Assembly (NCBI GenBank): GCA_964342305.1
Contig: CAYFGK010000006.1
Span: 4,918 to 68,917 of the forward strand
Origin: an uncultured Saprospiraceae bacterium
GTDB lineage: Bacteria > Bacteroidota > Bacteroidia > Chitinophagales > Saprospiraceae
Length of the DNA stretch: 64,000 bases
Reading direction: 5' to 3'
The notes under the pieces were generated by a model that did no database searches, was not told the origin of the DNA, and saw nothing but the letters and a program-made list of their open reading frames with translations. This document shows positions 10,010-18,663 of the stretch, in pieces. A program made the position numbers and the translations under genes. The number at the start of each line of letters is the position of its first letter. The stretch's first letter is position 1.

Positions 10010-10404
10010 AGCTGCGGACCGGTAAGCCGGATTCTGTCGCCGCACGTGGCGGGTCCTGTCATTTATCTGGCTCCGTCGTCACCAACGGAGTCTATCTGCC
10101 TACCCCTCCCGGCTTTCCGGAGAAAACAGCCCGAGCAAGGCCGACCGCCGAAGCGGACCGAGATATACGTGGCATTTCAACCCACAAGGTTTATCCCCAT
10201 CCCGCATTACTGCGGGACGGCGTGCGCTCTTACCGCACGTTTTCACCCTTACCCCGACGGATCGGGGCGGTATCGCTTTCTGTGACACTTTCTGTCAGTC
10301 CGTACGGACTGCCCATCCGTTAGATGGTGTGGTGCTCTACGTTGTCCGGACTTTCCTCACGTGCGGGCCGTAGCACCGCACGAGCGACAGGATGGCCCGC
10401 AGCT
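10010..10404 (-). ncRNA. rnpB: RNase P RNA, bacterial type A
   Basis: minus strand carries GAGGAAAGTCCGG (rc of 10346-10358), GGGTGAAAACGTGCGGTAAGAGCGCAC and ACAGAATCCGGCTTACC near the 3' end. Termini agctgcgggcc (5') and ggtccgcagct (3') form P1. Confidence 0.9.
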
Positions 10405-10618
10405 AATATCTTCAACACCGGAGAAGCCGGTGAGGTTCCTCGATGAGCCCTGCAAGATACAACCGGCTTCCGATCCGCACAAGCGCCAATATACCGACAA
10501 CGAAGTGGTTTTGCTCCGCAATACTTCGTGCTGGGACACCAAACCAATTCGAGTCGAGTATATACTCGCGTGAAAAGGTTTGGGCTTTGCCAAACCTTTT
10601 CGGAAGCGGTAGAAATGC

Positions 10619-10626
10619 TATTTTTG
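10619..10626 (+). promoter_or_regulatory. candidate -7 promoter box (TATTTTTG) for the sensor kinase
   Basis: TAnnTTTG match 36 nt upstream of ATG 10662; same gctatttttgc context as at 17004. Confidence 0.35.
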
Positions 10627-10661
10627 CAACGCAAACACAACAAAAGCGTAGATAACTGCGG

Positions 10662-13600
10662 ATGATGCGACGTCGCCTGATCGGTTCAGCCATACTGGTT
10701 GCCCTGCTCACCGCCCTGGGGTTTGTTTTTCGGTCGAGTGCCGGAGATCAGCCATTGCCGTGCCGGCAACACCTGCAGAAAACCTTCCTGCAGGATCAAA
10801 AATGGGTCCAAAGACACGTTTCCGATACCCTGCTTCCCGGCTACTTCTCTTCGGCCAAAGGATTGCGTTACCTCAACGAGACACAGGTGGCGGTGGAAAC
10901 TCTTTCCGGACTGAATCACCCCCGGATTTCCATGTTTCTGTACGAAGCCGACTCCCTGGTGGCATGGACGGGTTCTGGACCACTCCCCCCTCTTAATCAG
11001 GTCAGTGAAACGCCCGGGTTAGTCGGTAATGAATGGTATGCCCGACATGAGATCGATACGGATCATTTTTGGATCAGCAGGATAAACCTGGATACCTCCC
11101 GGGCCTGTGACCTGCCAGCTGGGACCTTCTCCGTAAAGGGAAACTACTACCAATTCACCTTTGGCACCGGAACAGATTCTGATAAAGGATACCTGAGTGC
11201 TAAACAATCGTTCTTTCTCTTTGCGGCGGCCTTAATAGTGTTGCTATCCCTGTTTTTTGGAGGAGCTTCGGTACTCTTACGTTCCGGGAAATGGTTCACT
11301 GGAGGTTCCTTTTGGGCTCTTGGCCTGATTGCCCTGGTGATAAGTGCCAGCTTCCTCTTCGGAACTGCTCCCTTTCGGCACTGGCTATTTGCTCCCAATT
11401 GGACCGGTAATCTCATCGGCCCCACCGTCATCGATTACCTTTGGCAATCGATCCTATTGGTGCTTTCCATGTCTCTTTTCCGAAAGTTCCTACAGCCAAA
11501 TTTGCGGGCAATACCGAATACATTAAGGGCCATAATTGCCATTGCCCAGTACATCTTTACCGGAGGTTTCCTCATCATTTGGATTTGGGTACAACGTTAT
11601 TTGGTATTAGAGAGCGATGCCTGGCTGCAACTTGATAATGTCTTCCGCTTTGATGGATACACCATTGCTGGTTGCCTGGGAATGAGTTTGTGGTCCATTG
11701 CCTTTTTTCTGGCTTCTCACCGTGCTGCCGAACTTGCCCGGCAAGTTATCCGCCAAACGAATAAACGAATTCTTTTGATGGTCGTGGTCAGTATCGGCTT
11801 GCTCCCCCTCTTTATCGCACTGGATACCGGGGTACCCAACCTGGCGTTTCCTCCCCTCCTGCTGATATACCTCATTATCCTTGACCTTTTCTTTGATCGC
11901 AATCAATCTGATATTACCTGGTTTATTTTCCTGTTAATTACCTTCTGTCTCTTTAATGCGATCATCCTGTACGGCCATTCTCTGAACAGGGATGGCCAGG
12001 CTATGGCGGCTTACGCCAAAAAATTGTCAGAAGCCGAAGACTCCATACTCCTGCAACGGATTGAAGAATATCAAACTGCAACTATAACTACTGATCAGTG
12101 GATTAAGAAAGTACAGGTTGATCCCTATATCTTACGGCATTACGAGATCGATGAAAAGACAAAGCCCCTCTTCAATCGAAGGGATTCAACCGTTTCCTTT
12201 TTGCGCGAGCAACGTCCAGCGGGACTGGATACTTATTGGTTTCTGGGAGAACAGGATACCCTATCCATCTACCGCCCGCTCCGTCCTGTTTCTTTTTACC
12301 GCCCTTACGAAGATGTGCTACAGGTACCTCAGTACCGCGATTTACCACAATTAAACCGGTACAGATACCTGGTATTTCGTAACCAGCGGGTTGTGGACCA
12401 ACAGAGCATTCCCAACCGGACTCTATTAAAGGAAACCAACCGACTGGAGATAGGCAGTACACTCCAAACGGTAAACTGGTCGAGTCAGGCAGTACTTTTC
12501 CGCTATGCCGATGAGGGGTGGGTGCTGCTGGAACGTGGCCCGGGAGGTATTCTCAAACCGCTTTCTTTATGTGCGTTTTTCTTTATTTCCCTGCTTCTCC
12601 TGAGCTTGGTAATTGCCCTGTGTAATCCCTTTTTACGTATTGCCGAAGGAAACCTGATAACCTTGTTTGGAAGTACCTCTTCCCTGCGCACCAAGGTCCA
12701 ACTTGCCATTCTGGGGTTGATCGTCACTTCCTTTACCGCAATTGCCTGGATGACCATTTCCTCCTTTCGCCAGAGCACCATTACGGAGCAGGAAACACAG
12801 CTACTAAAGCGTATCACCTCTATTCAGGCCAGCCTAAGCAATGCCATTGATGACGACCCCACGATCCTTGCCTCTTCCCAGTCGTTAGATAGCATATCCC
12901 GCAAAATGCTGGAAGAGTATCAACTGGATATCAATTTTTACAATCGAAACGGGCGAAGAATTGCCAGTTCAAGCGGTGATATCCCCTTTCTGAGTAACCT
13001 GCACACCCTCATGCACGCTTCGGCCTATGAAAGCCTGCGAACGGGCCTCGAGGAATACCGGATCGTGGAGGACCAGTGGGGTGATATCTCCTTCAAAACC
13101 GTTTATGTTCCCCTGCGCGAGCGGAGCCGGCTATACATCGGTGTACCCTATTACGCACAAAACCGGGAAATGCTGGATGACCTGTACATTTTCATGGGTA
13201 AACTGTTCAGCATTTACGTATCTGCCTTGCTGGTTGCCGTTGCGGTCTCCTTGTTTGTCTCTAATCAAATCACCCGACCACTGGAAAGTATCAGAACGGG
13301 TATCCGCAACCTTCGCCTCGGCAGCAACGAACCCCTCGCCTACCAGGGTAATGACGAGATTGGCGAACTGGTCCGCGAATACAACGACGCCATCCACAAG
13401 CTGGAAGAAAGCACCGAACTACTCCGAAAATCAGAGCGGGAAAGTGCCTGGCGGGAAATGGCCAAACAGGTTGCCCACGAGATAAAAAACCCGCTCACCC
13501 CCATGAAACTGCGCATCCAGCATCTGATGCGTGCGTACCAACAGGACCCCGAGCGGGCTGCTCCTATGGTGAAAAAAGTATCCAATAGCCTGATCGAACA

Positions 13601-14105
13601 GATCGATACGCTGACCCGAATTGCCAATGAGTTCTCCCGTTTCGCGAAAATGCCCAAACCCCAGAACGTCGACTTTGATCTGCAAAAGCTGTTGGAATCA
13701 GTAACGACTGTTTTTGCCGAGGAAGATGCCGGTAGGGTCCTGCTTGCCAGTGACCTCACTACGGCACCGGTTCGTGCTGATCGCGACCACCTGACCCGGG
13801 TATTGAACAACCTAATCAAGAATGGCCTGCAAGCTATTCCCGACAACCGGGAAGGGATCATTCGGGTAACCCTCACCCGACATGAACACCATTTCCTGAT
13901 CACTGTTACCGATAATGGTAATGGGATTCCCGAAGACATTCAACACAAAGTTTTTAGTCCTAACTTCACCACCAAATCGTCCGGTACCGGACTGGGACTG
14001 GCCATGTCGCGCCAGATGATCGAACAAGCGGGTGGACGAATCTATTTTGAAACGGAACCCGAGGTAGGAACTACTTTTTTTGTGGAAATACCGAGACAGG
14101 TTTGA
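10662..14105 (+). CDS. large multi-pass membrane sensor histidine kinase
   Basis: 1147 aa; many predicted TM helices in the N-terminal half, HAMP-like linker, H-box AHEIKNPLTPM, and HATPase N/G boxes (NLIKNGLQA, DNGNGIP, GTGLGL). Confidence 0.85.
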   Translation: MMRRRLIGSAILVALLTALGFVFRSSAGDQPLPCRQHLQKTFLQDQKWVQRHVSDTLLPGYFSSAKGLRYLNETQVAVETLSGLNHPRISMFLYEADSLVAWTGSGPLPPLNQVSETPGLVGNEWYARHEIDTDHFWISRINLDTSRACDLPAGTFSVKGNYYQFTFGTGTDSDKGYLSAKQSFFLFAAALIVLLSLFFGGASVLLRSGKWFTGGSFWALGLIALVISASFLFGTAPFRHWLFAPNWTGNLIGPTVIDYLWQSILLVLSMSLFRKFLQPNLRAIPNTLRAIIAIAQYIFTGGFLIIWIWVQRYLVLESDAWLQLDNVFRFDGYTIAGCLGMSLWSIAFFLASHRAAELARQVIRQTNKRILLMVVVSIGLLPLFIALDTGVPNLAFPPLLLIYLIILDLFFDRNQSDITWFIFLLITFCLFNAIILYGHSLNRDGQAMAAYAKKLSEAEDSILLQRIEEYQTATITTDQWIKKVQVDPYILRHYEIDEKTKPLFNRRDSTVSFLREQRPAGLDTYWFLGEQDTLSIYRPLRPVSFYRPYEDVLQVPQYRDLPQLNRYRYLVFRNQRVVDQQSIPNRTLLKETNRLEIGSTLQTVNWSSQAVLFRYADEGWVLLERGPGGILKPLSLCAFFFISLLLLSLVIALCNPFLRIAEGNLITLFGSTSSLRTKVQLAILGLIVTSFTAIAWMTISSFRQSTITEQETQLLKRITSIQASLSNAIDDDPTILASSQSLDSISRKMLEEYQLDINFYNRNGRRIASSSGDIPFLSNLHTLMHASAYESLRTGLEEYRIVEDQWGDISFKTVYVPLRERSRLYIGVPYYAQNREMLDDLYIFMGKLFSIYVSALLVAVAVSLFVSNQITRPLESIRTGIRNLRLGSNEPLAYQGNDEIGELVREYNDAIHKLEESTELLRKSERESAWREMAKQVAHEIKNPLTPMKLRIQHLMRAYQQDPERAAPMVKKVSNSLIEQIDTLTRIANEFSRFAKMPKPQNVDFDLQKLLESVTTVFAEEDAGRVLLASDLTTAPVRADRDHLTRVLNNLIKNGLQAIPDNREGIIRVTLTRHEHHFLITVTDNGNGIPEDIQHKVFSPNFTTKSSGTGLGLAMSRQMIEQAGGRIYFETEPEVGTTFFVEIPRQV

Positions 14106-14193
14106 GGTTTGAGGTTTGAGGTGTGAGGTGTGAGGTTACCTACAACCAAACCTCAGACCTTACCTCTAACCCCAAACCTCAAACCTCAAACCT
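14098..14193. repeat. GAGGTKT heptamer-array hairpin element
   Basis: outer 20-bp perfect stem aggtttgaggtttgaggttt (14098-14117) / aaacctcaaacctcaaacct (14174-14193); the kinase stop codon TGA (14103-14105) lies inside the left arm. Confidence 0.7.
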
Positions 14194-14204
14194 GATTATT
14201 CTTT

Positions 14205-15701
14205 ATGGCAAAAGTGGGCATCATAGGCGCCGGCGTGGCCGGTTTGGCAGCCGCCATTCGCATGGCGGTCCAGGGGCACGAAGTGAACGTATACGAGGCG
14301 AACAGCTACCCGGGGGGGAAACTCTCCGAATTTAGTCTCGGTGAGTACCGCTTTGATGCCGGGCCCAGCCTGTTTACCATGCCCCAATACGTTGATGAAC
14401 TGATCCGGTTGGGCGGCCGTGAACCTGCCGATTATTTTGAGTACGAACGGCTACCCGTCGTTTGCCGGTATTTTTGGGAAGATGGCACCGACCTGAGTGC
14501 GCACGGCGACATTCAAAAATTTGCCCGTGAAGTGGAAGAAAAGCTGGAGGTCCCCGCCGGGCGGGTCATTGACATGCTGCGGGACAGTGAGCAGAAATAC
14601 GACCGTACCGGACGCATTTTTCTGGAAAAATCGCTGCATAAAGCATCTACCTGGTGGAGCCGTAAGGTAGCTCAGGCTCTAGTCAGGCTTCCTTCTTTTG
14701 ACCTTTTCACTACCATGAACCGGGTGCACGAGCGCCGGTTACAGCACCCGAAACTGGTTCAGCTATTCAACCGCTTTGCTACCTACAACGGCTCCAACCC
14801 CTATAAAGCACCGGGACTCCTGACCATTATTCCCCACTTTGAGCACGCTCTGGGCGCTTACTACCCCAAAGGAGGCATGGTGGCCATAACCAATACCCTG
14901 CATCAACTCGGCAAAGAACTGGGGGTCCGGTACCATTTTGATCAACCGGTCACTAAAATTATCGTGGATAATAAAAAGGCAACCGGATTGATCGTCAACG
15001 GTCAGACCCGACATTTCGATACGGTTATCTGCAATATGGATGTCTTTTTTGCTTACCGGAAGCTGCTGGCCGATCAGCCGCAGCCCGAACGCACTTTGAA
15101 GCAGGAAAAATCAACGTCTGCGCTCATTTTCTACTGGGGTATTAAACGACGCTTCCCGCAGCTGGATCTGCACAACATCTTTTTCAGCGATGATTACCGG
15201 GCCGAATTTGATCATCTGGCGGCCGGTAAGGTGTACGATGACCCCACGGTGTACGTGAATATCAGTAGCAAATACAGCCCCGAAGATGCACCGGAAGGTT
15301 GTGAAAACTGGTTTACCATGGTGAACGTCCCGTACGACGACGGCCAGGACTGGGATGCCATTATTCCGCGTGTCCGCCAACAAACACTGGCCAAACTGAG
15401 CCGGATGCTGGGTACGGACATCGAAAACCTCATCGACTGCGAAGATCTCCTCGAACCGCGTACCATCGAATCCAAGACACGATCCCACCTGGGGGCCTTA
15501 TACGGAACCAGTTCCAACGACCGCATGGCTGCGTTCATGCGTCACCCCAATTTCAGCAGTTCCATCGATGATTTGTATTTTTGTGGTGGCAGTGTGCATC
15601 CCGGCGGTGGTATTCCCCTGAGTTTGCTTTCGGCCCGCATTATTGATGAACTAATGCACGGTACGTCGGTTTCTTCCAGGACACCAGCAACATCCAAATG
15701 A
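14205..15701 (+). CDS. phytoene desaturase family oxidoreductase (CrtI/CrtD-like carotenoid desaturase)
   Basis: 498 aa; N-terminal FAD fold VGIIGAGVAGLAAA...YEANSYPGGK; C-terminal FCGGSVHPGGGIP typical of the CrtI family. Confidence 0.8.
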   Translation: MAKVGIIGAGVAGLAAAIRMAVQGHEVNVYEANSYPGGKLSEFSLGEYRFDAGPSLFTMPQYVDELIRLGGREPADYFEYERLPVVCRYFWEDGTDLSAHGDIQKFAREVEEKLEVPAGRVIDMLRDSEQKYDRTGRIFLEKSLHKASTWWSRKVAQALVRLPSFDLFTTMNRVHERRLQHPKLVQLFNRFATYNGSNPYKAPGLLTIIPHFEHALGAYYPKGGMVAITNTLHQLGKELGVRYHFDQPVTKIIVDNKKATGLIVNGQTRHFDTVICNMDVFFAYRKLLADQPQPERTLKQEKSTSALIFYWGIKRRFPQLDLHNIFFSDDYRAEFDHLAAGKVYDDPTVYVNISSKYSPEDAPEGCENWFTMVNVPYDDGQDWDAIIPRVRQQTLAKLSRMLGTDIENLIDCEDLLEPRTIESKTRSHLGALYGTSSNDRMAAFMRHPNFSSSIDDLYFCGGSVHPGGGIPLSLLSARIIDELMHGTSVSSRTPATSK

Positions 15702-16393
15702 TCCAAATAAACCGGAATGGTAGTACTTCCCTGCTTACCCTGCATTTGAAGCAGCGGTCATGGTCTATCCCAACCGAGTGGATAGGCATTCTATTTCTGA
15801 CCATTATCTATGTGGTTGGATTGGTTGGAATAGCATGGCCACTGTCCGACCAATTCATTCTGCTGACGCCTGTCAACCTGTTGGTTTCCCTGGCGGTGGT
15901 ACTGCTATTTCACCCGCGATGGCGACGGGCCACCCCCCTCATCCTGATCGTAAGTTATCTGGTTGGATTTTTTGCCGAATGGTTTGGCGTCCAGACCGGC
16001 TTGCTTTTTGGTGAATACCACTATGGGCCGGTCCTCGGGCCCCAGTGGCAAGGAACGCCTTTTATGATCGGGGTCAACTGGATGCTCCTGGTTTATTGTA
16101 GTGGTATCACCGTAAATCATCTCTTTGGCTCCCGGCCGTGGTGGGGTCGCGGCATTCTGGCCGCTTTGCTCATGGTTGTCCTCGATGTACTCATCGAACC
16201 GGTGGCCATGGAACTGAACTTTTGGCAATGGGCCGGTAATAAGGTGCCTCTGCAGAACTACCTGGGCTGGTTCCTGGTTGCCCTTCCGCTTACCCTCGCC
16301 TTTTCCCGCTGGCACAGCGGTGTCCGAAACAAAGTGGCGGTAGCATTGTTCCTTTGGCAGTTTCTCTTTTTCCTGATATTGTTTTTAGTTTAG
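15698..16393 (+). CDS. carotenoid biosynthesis membrane protein (DUF422 / CruF-like)
   Basis: 231-aa polytopic membrane protein overlapping the desaturase stop by 4 nt (ATGA), placed between the desaturase and crtZ. Family assignment is from memory of the gene context. Confidence 0.55.
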   Translation: MIQINRNGSTSLLTLHLKQRSWSIPTEWIGILFLTIIYVVGLVGIAWPLSDQFILLTPVNLLVSLAVVLLFHPRWRRATPLILIVSYLVGFFAEWFGVQTGLLFGEYHYGPVLGPQWQGTPFMIGVNWMLLVYCSGITVNHLFGSRPWWGRGILAALLMVVLDVLIEPVAMELNFWQWAGNKVPLQNYLGWFLVALPLTLAFSRWHSGVRNKVAVALFLWQFLFFLILFLV

Positions 16394-16417
16394 CTTTCGC
16401 AAAAAATTGATGGCCGT

Positions 16418-16894
16418 ATGCAAATTGCCCTCTATGTATTCATTACGATAGCCACTTTCGTTGGCATGGAGTATGTTGCCTGGGCTGCTCATAAATACCT
16501 GATGCACGGCGCCCTGTGGATCTGGCACGAAGATCACCATAACCCTGCCCATAAGGAAGGGCGTTTCTTTGAAAAGAATGATCTGTTCTTTATGGTTTTT
16601 GCTATACCCAGTGCCACCTCCTACATGGTGGGCCTATCCACGCCCGGCATGTACTGGCTTACCTTCATTGGTATCGGTATCTCCATTTACGGGTTGGTGT
16701 ACTTCCTGATCCACGATGTATACATTCACCGACGCTTCAAATGGTTCAACCAGCTCGATGGCACCTACTCTCGAGCCATCCTGCGTGCTCACGGAGCCCA
16801 CCACGCCAAAACGACTAAAGAGGATTGTGAATCCTTCGGCCTTTTGTGGGTAGACTCCAAGTTTTTCAAAAAGCGCCGTTATACCAGGTCTTAG
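16418..16894 (+). CDS. crtZ: beta-carotene hydroxylase
   Basis: 158 aa; histidine boxes HKYLMH, HEDHH, HDVYIH and HGAHH of the CrtZ / fatty-acid hydroxylase family. Confidence 0.8.
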   Translation: MQIALYVFITIATFVGMEYVAWAAHKYLMHGALWIWHEDHHNPAHKEGRFFEKNDLFFMVFAIPSATSYMVGLSTPGMYWLTFIGIGISIYGLVYFLIHDVYIHRRFKWFNQLDGTYSRAILRAHGAHHAKTTKEDCESFGLLWVDSKFFKKRRYTRS

Positions 16895-16998
16895 GTGTGA
16901 AGTGTGAGGTGTGAGATCTGAGGTGTGAGGTTTGAGGTTTGGGGTTTGAGGTTAGGTTCTAGGTAACCTCAAACCCCAAACCTCAAACCTATAACCTG
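16893..16998. repeat. GAGGTKT heptamer-array hairpin element
   Basis: perfect 27-bp stem 16928-16954 / 16964-16990 with 9-nt loop; more GTGTGAG units upstream; the crtZ stop TAG (16892-16894) abuts the first unit. Confidence 0.75.
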
Positions 16999-17005
16999 AA
17001 TTTGC

Positions 17006-17013
17006 TATTTTTG
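17006..17013 (+). promoter_or_regulatory. candidate -7 promoter box (TATTTTTG) only 7 nt upstream of ATG 17021
   Basis: TAnnTTTG match in the context tgctatttttgcgaaagcATG. Confidence 0.3.
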
Positions 17014-17020
17014 CGAAAGC

Positions 17021-17584
17021 ATGATGAAGAACAAGCTGGGTGATCGACTCTCCCGAACATTGGAAGTACAACTGCCCTACGCCGAGTCCCTGGATGAGTA
17101 TCTGGACACGGTCATACCCATTGTACGTCCGTGGGGAGAAGATCTGTACGAGTCGGAATACTACGAGGATACCCCGTGGCTGGAAGTTCGCGACGATGAT
17201 ACGTTCCACGAAACCGTCCTGCACTTCTTTAATGAAGGAGGTGAATACCTGGTTTCTATCAATGGCAACGTAGATGGTGGCTCTTGGCGATTTTTGGAGA
17301 AATCCAATAAGCTTCTGATCGAGATCGCCGGCCAGGCTGAACTCTACGAATTGGCCTTCCTGAACCGGAATTTTTTCATTCTCGCCAAACACGGCGATCA
17401 GCGTCGCCTGGGTGCTGCTAAGTACTTCGTCATGATCAACGAGCGAGTGGGCCGCCGCCTGGAATGGCGGGAAGCCATGGAACTGCTGTTCAATACCTAC
17501 CGCAGCAACAATAATATGTACATCATCCTTGCCCTGGTCATCCTGCTGATCGTGGCGGTAGCGGTGATTTTGTCTACGCAGTAA
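17021..17584 (+). CDS. hypothetical protein with C-terminal transmembrane anchor
   Basis: 187-aa ORF, acidic soluble domain, single C-terminal TM helix (IILALVILLIVAVAVIL); no family recognised. Confidence 0.55.
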   Translation: MMKNKLGDRLSRTLEVQLPYAESLDEYLDTVIPIVRPWGEDLYESEYYEDTPWLEVRDDDTFHETVLHFFNEGGEYLVSINGNVDGGSWRFLEKSNKLLIEIAGQAELYELAFLNRNFFILAKHGDQRRLGAAKYFVMINERVGRRLEWREAMELLFNTYRSNNNMYIILALVILLIVAVAVILSTQ

Positions 17585-17667
17585 TGTTGTTCCCTTTTCC
17601 CCTTTAATTTTTGCTCTTGCTAGTGTGAAGCGTCGAGCGTGGTGCGTCAACCGTGGAGCGTGGTGCC

Positions 17668-18579
17668 TTACCCGTCCACCGTACTGCGTTTTTGTGTTGC
17701 GATCAGCACCACTCCGAAGATCACCAGAGCCGCTCCGGCCCACTGCCAGCTTCCCAGGCTTTCGCCCAAAAAAATACTGGCCAGAATGATGGTGGATATC
17801 GGGCCCACACTTCCCAGAATGGCTGCATTCGATGCCCCGACCAGGCGGATCCCTTCCGAAATCATAAAGACGGGTAATACCGTTGCGATCAGTGCCATTA
17901 GTACCGATAAGCCGTAGACCGGCATCGGAAATTGCCAAAGGTCCCAGCGGTAAGCCACCAAATGGTGAAAGAGAATGGCTACACAAGCCGCCGACATGGC
18001 CAATGACGTATACCGCCAGGTTCCCAGCTTCGGTAACAGATGTCCGCTGCCCACCAAATAAACGGCGTAGGTCAACGCACACAGCATCACCAGTACCGCC
18101 CCGAGCAGGAACCGGGGCTCGTCGGAGAGCTGTGCCCCCTCCGCAAAGGTGACCCCAATGCCGATGTACGTGATGATCAGGGCCAGCCATTGGATGCGTT
18201 TGACCGGCTGCCGGAGCACCAACCAGGAGATCAGCACTACAAAGGTCGGGTAGGCAAATAATAGTAATCGCTCCACACTAGCCGGCACAAATTGCAGCCC
18301 CAAAAAATCGAGCAAACTAGCCAGGTAATAACCCGCTACCCCAAAAACCACGATTTGGATCTTTTCAGTTCGGGTTAGTGATTTGGTGCGGCGACGGCGC
18401 GCCCGGTAAGCTACTACCAGAAAGATGGGCAGAGAAAAAAGAAAGCGCAAGGTCAGCAAGGAGATTGGATCCACCCCGTATTGGTAAGCCAATTTAACGA
18501 TAACCGCCTTCGAAGAAAAGAAGATGGCTCCCAGTACAACCAAAAAGGCCCCAAACCAGGGACGACGATTTACCGACAT
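17668..18579 (-). CDS. EamA/DMT family transporter
   Basis: 303 aa, about 10 TM helices in two tandem EamA-like halves. Confidence 0.8.
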   Translation of the reverse strand: MSVNRRPWFGAFLVVLGAIFFSSKAVIVKLAYQYGVDPISLLTLRFLFSLPIFLVVAYRARRRRTKSLTRTEKIQIVVFGVAGYYLASLLDFLGLQFVPASVERLLLFAYPTFVVLISWLVLRQPVKRIQWLALIITYIGIGVTFAEGAQLSDEPRFLLGAVLVMLCALTYAVYLVGSGHLLPKLGTWRYTSLAMSAACVAILFHHLVAYRWDLWQFPMPVYGLSVLMALIATVLPVFMISEGIRLVGASNAAILGSVGPISTIILASIFLGESLGSWQWAGAALVIFGVVLIATQKRSTVDG

Positions 18580-18663
18580 ACTAAGGTTGTTTTAACAAGA
18601 CAGGTGAGTGGCTTTTCAGCACACTCACCTGTCATCCTTCTTTTCCGGAATGGAAAAGACCTA

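Noticed and set aside
10046-10711. Cluster of 60-107-aa ORFs on both strands
   Set aside because: They overlap the RNase P RNA gene (10010-10404) and the repeat-containing promoter region. The conserved rnpB motifs explain the sequence conservation.
16952-18190. 412-aa minus-strand ORF, one of the longest in the track
   Set aside because: It is antisense to the 17021-17584 ORF and out of frame over the EamA transporter gene. The composition is Arg/Gly/His-rich low complexity with no recognisable domain. It looks like a GC-skew shadow ORF.
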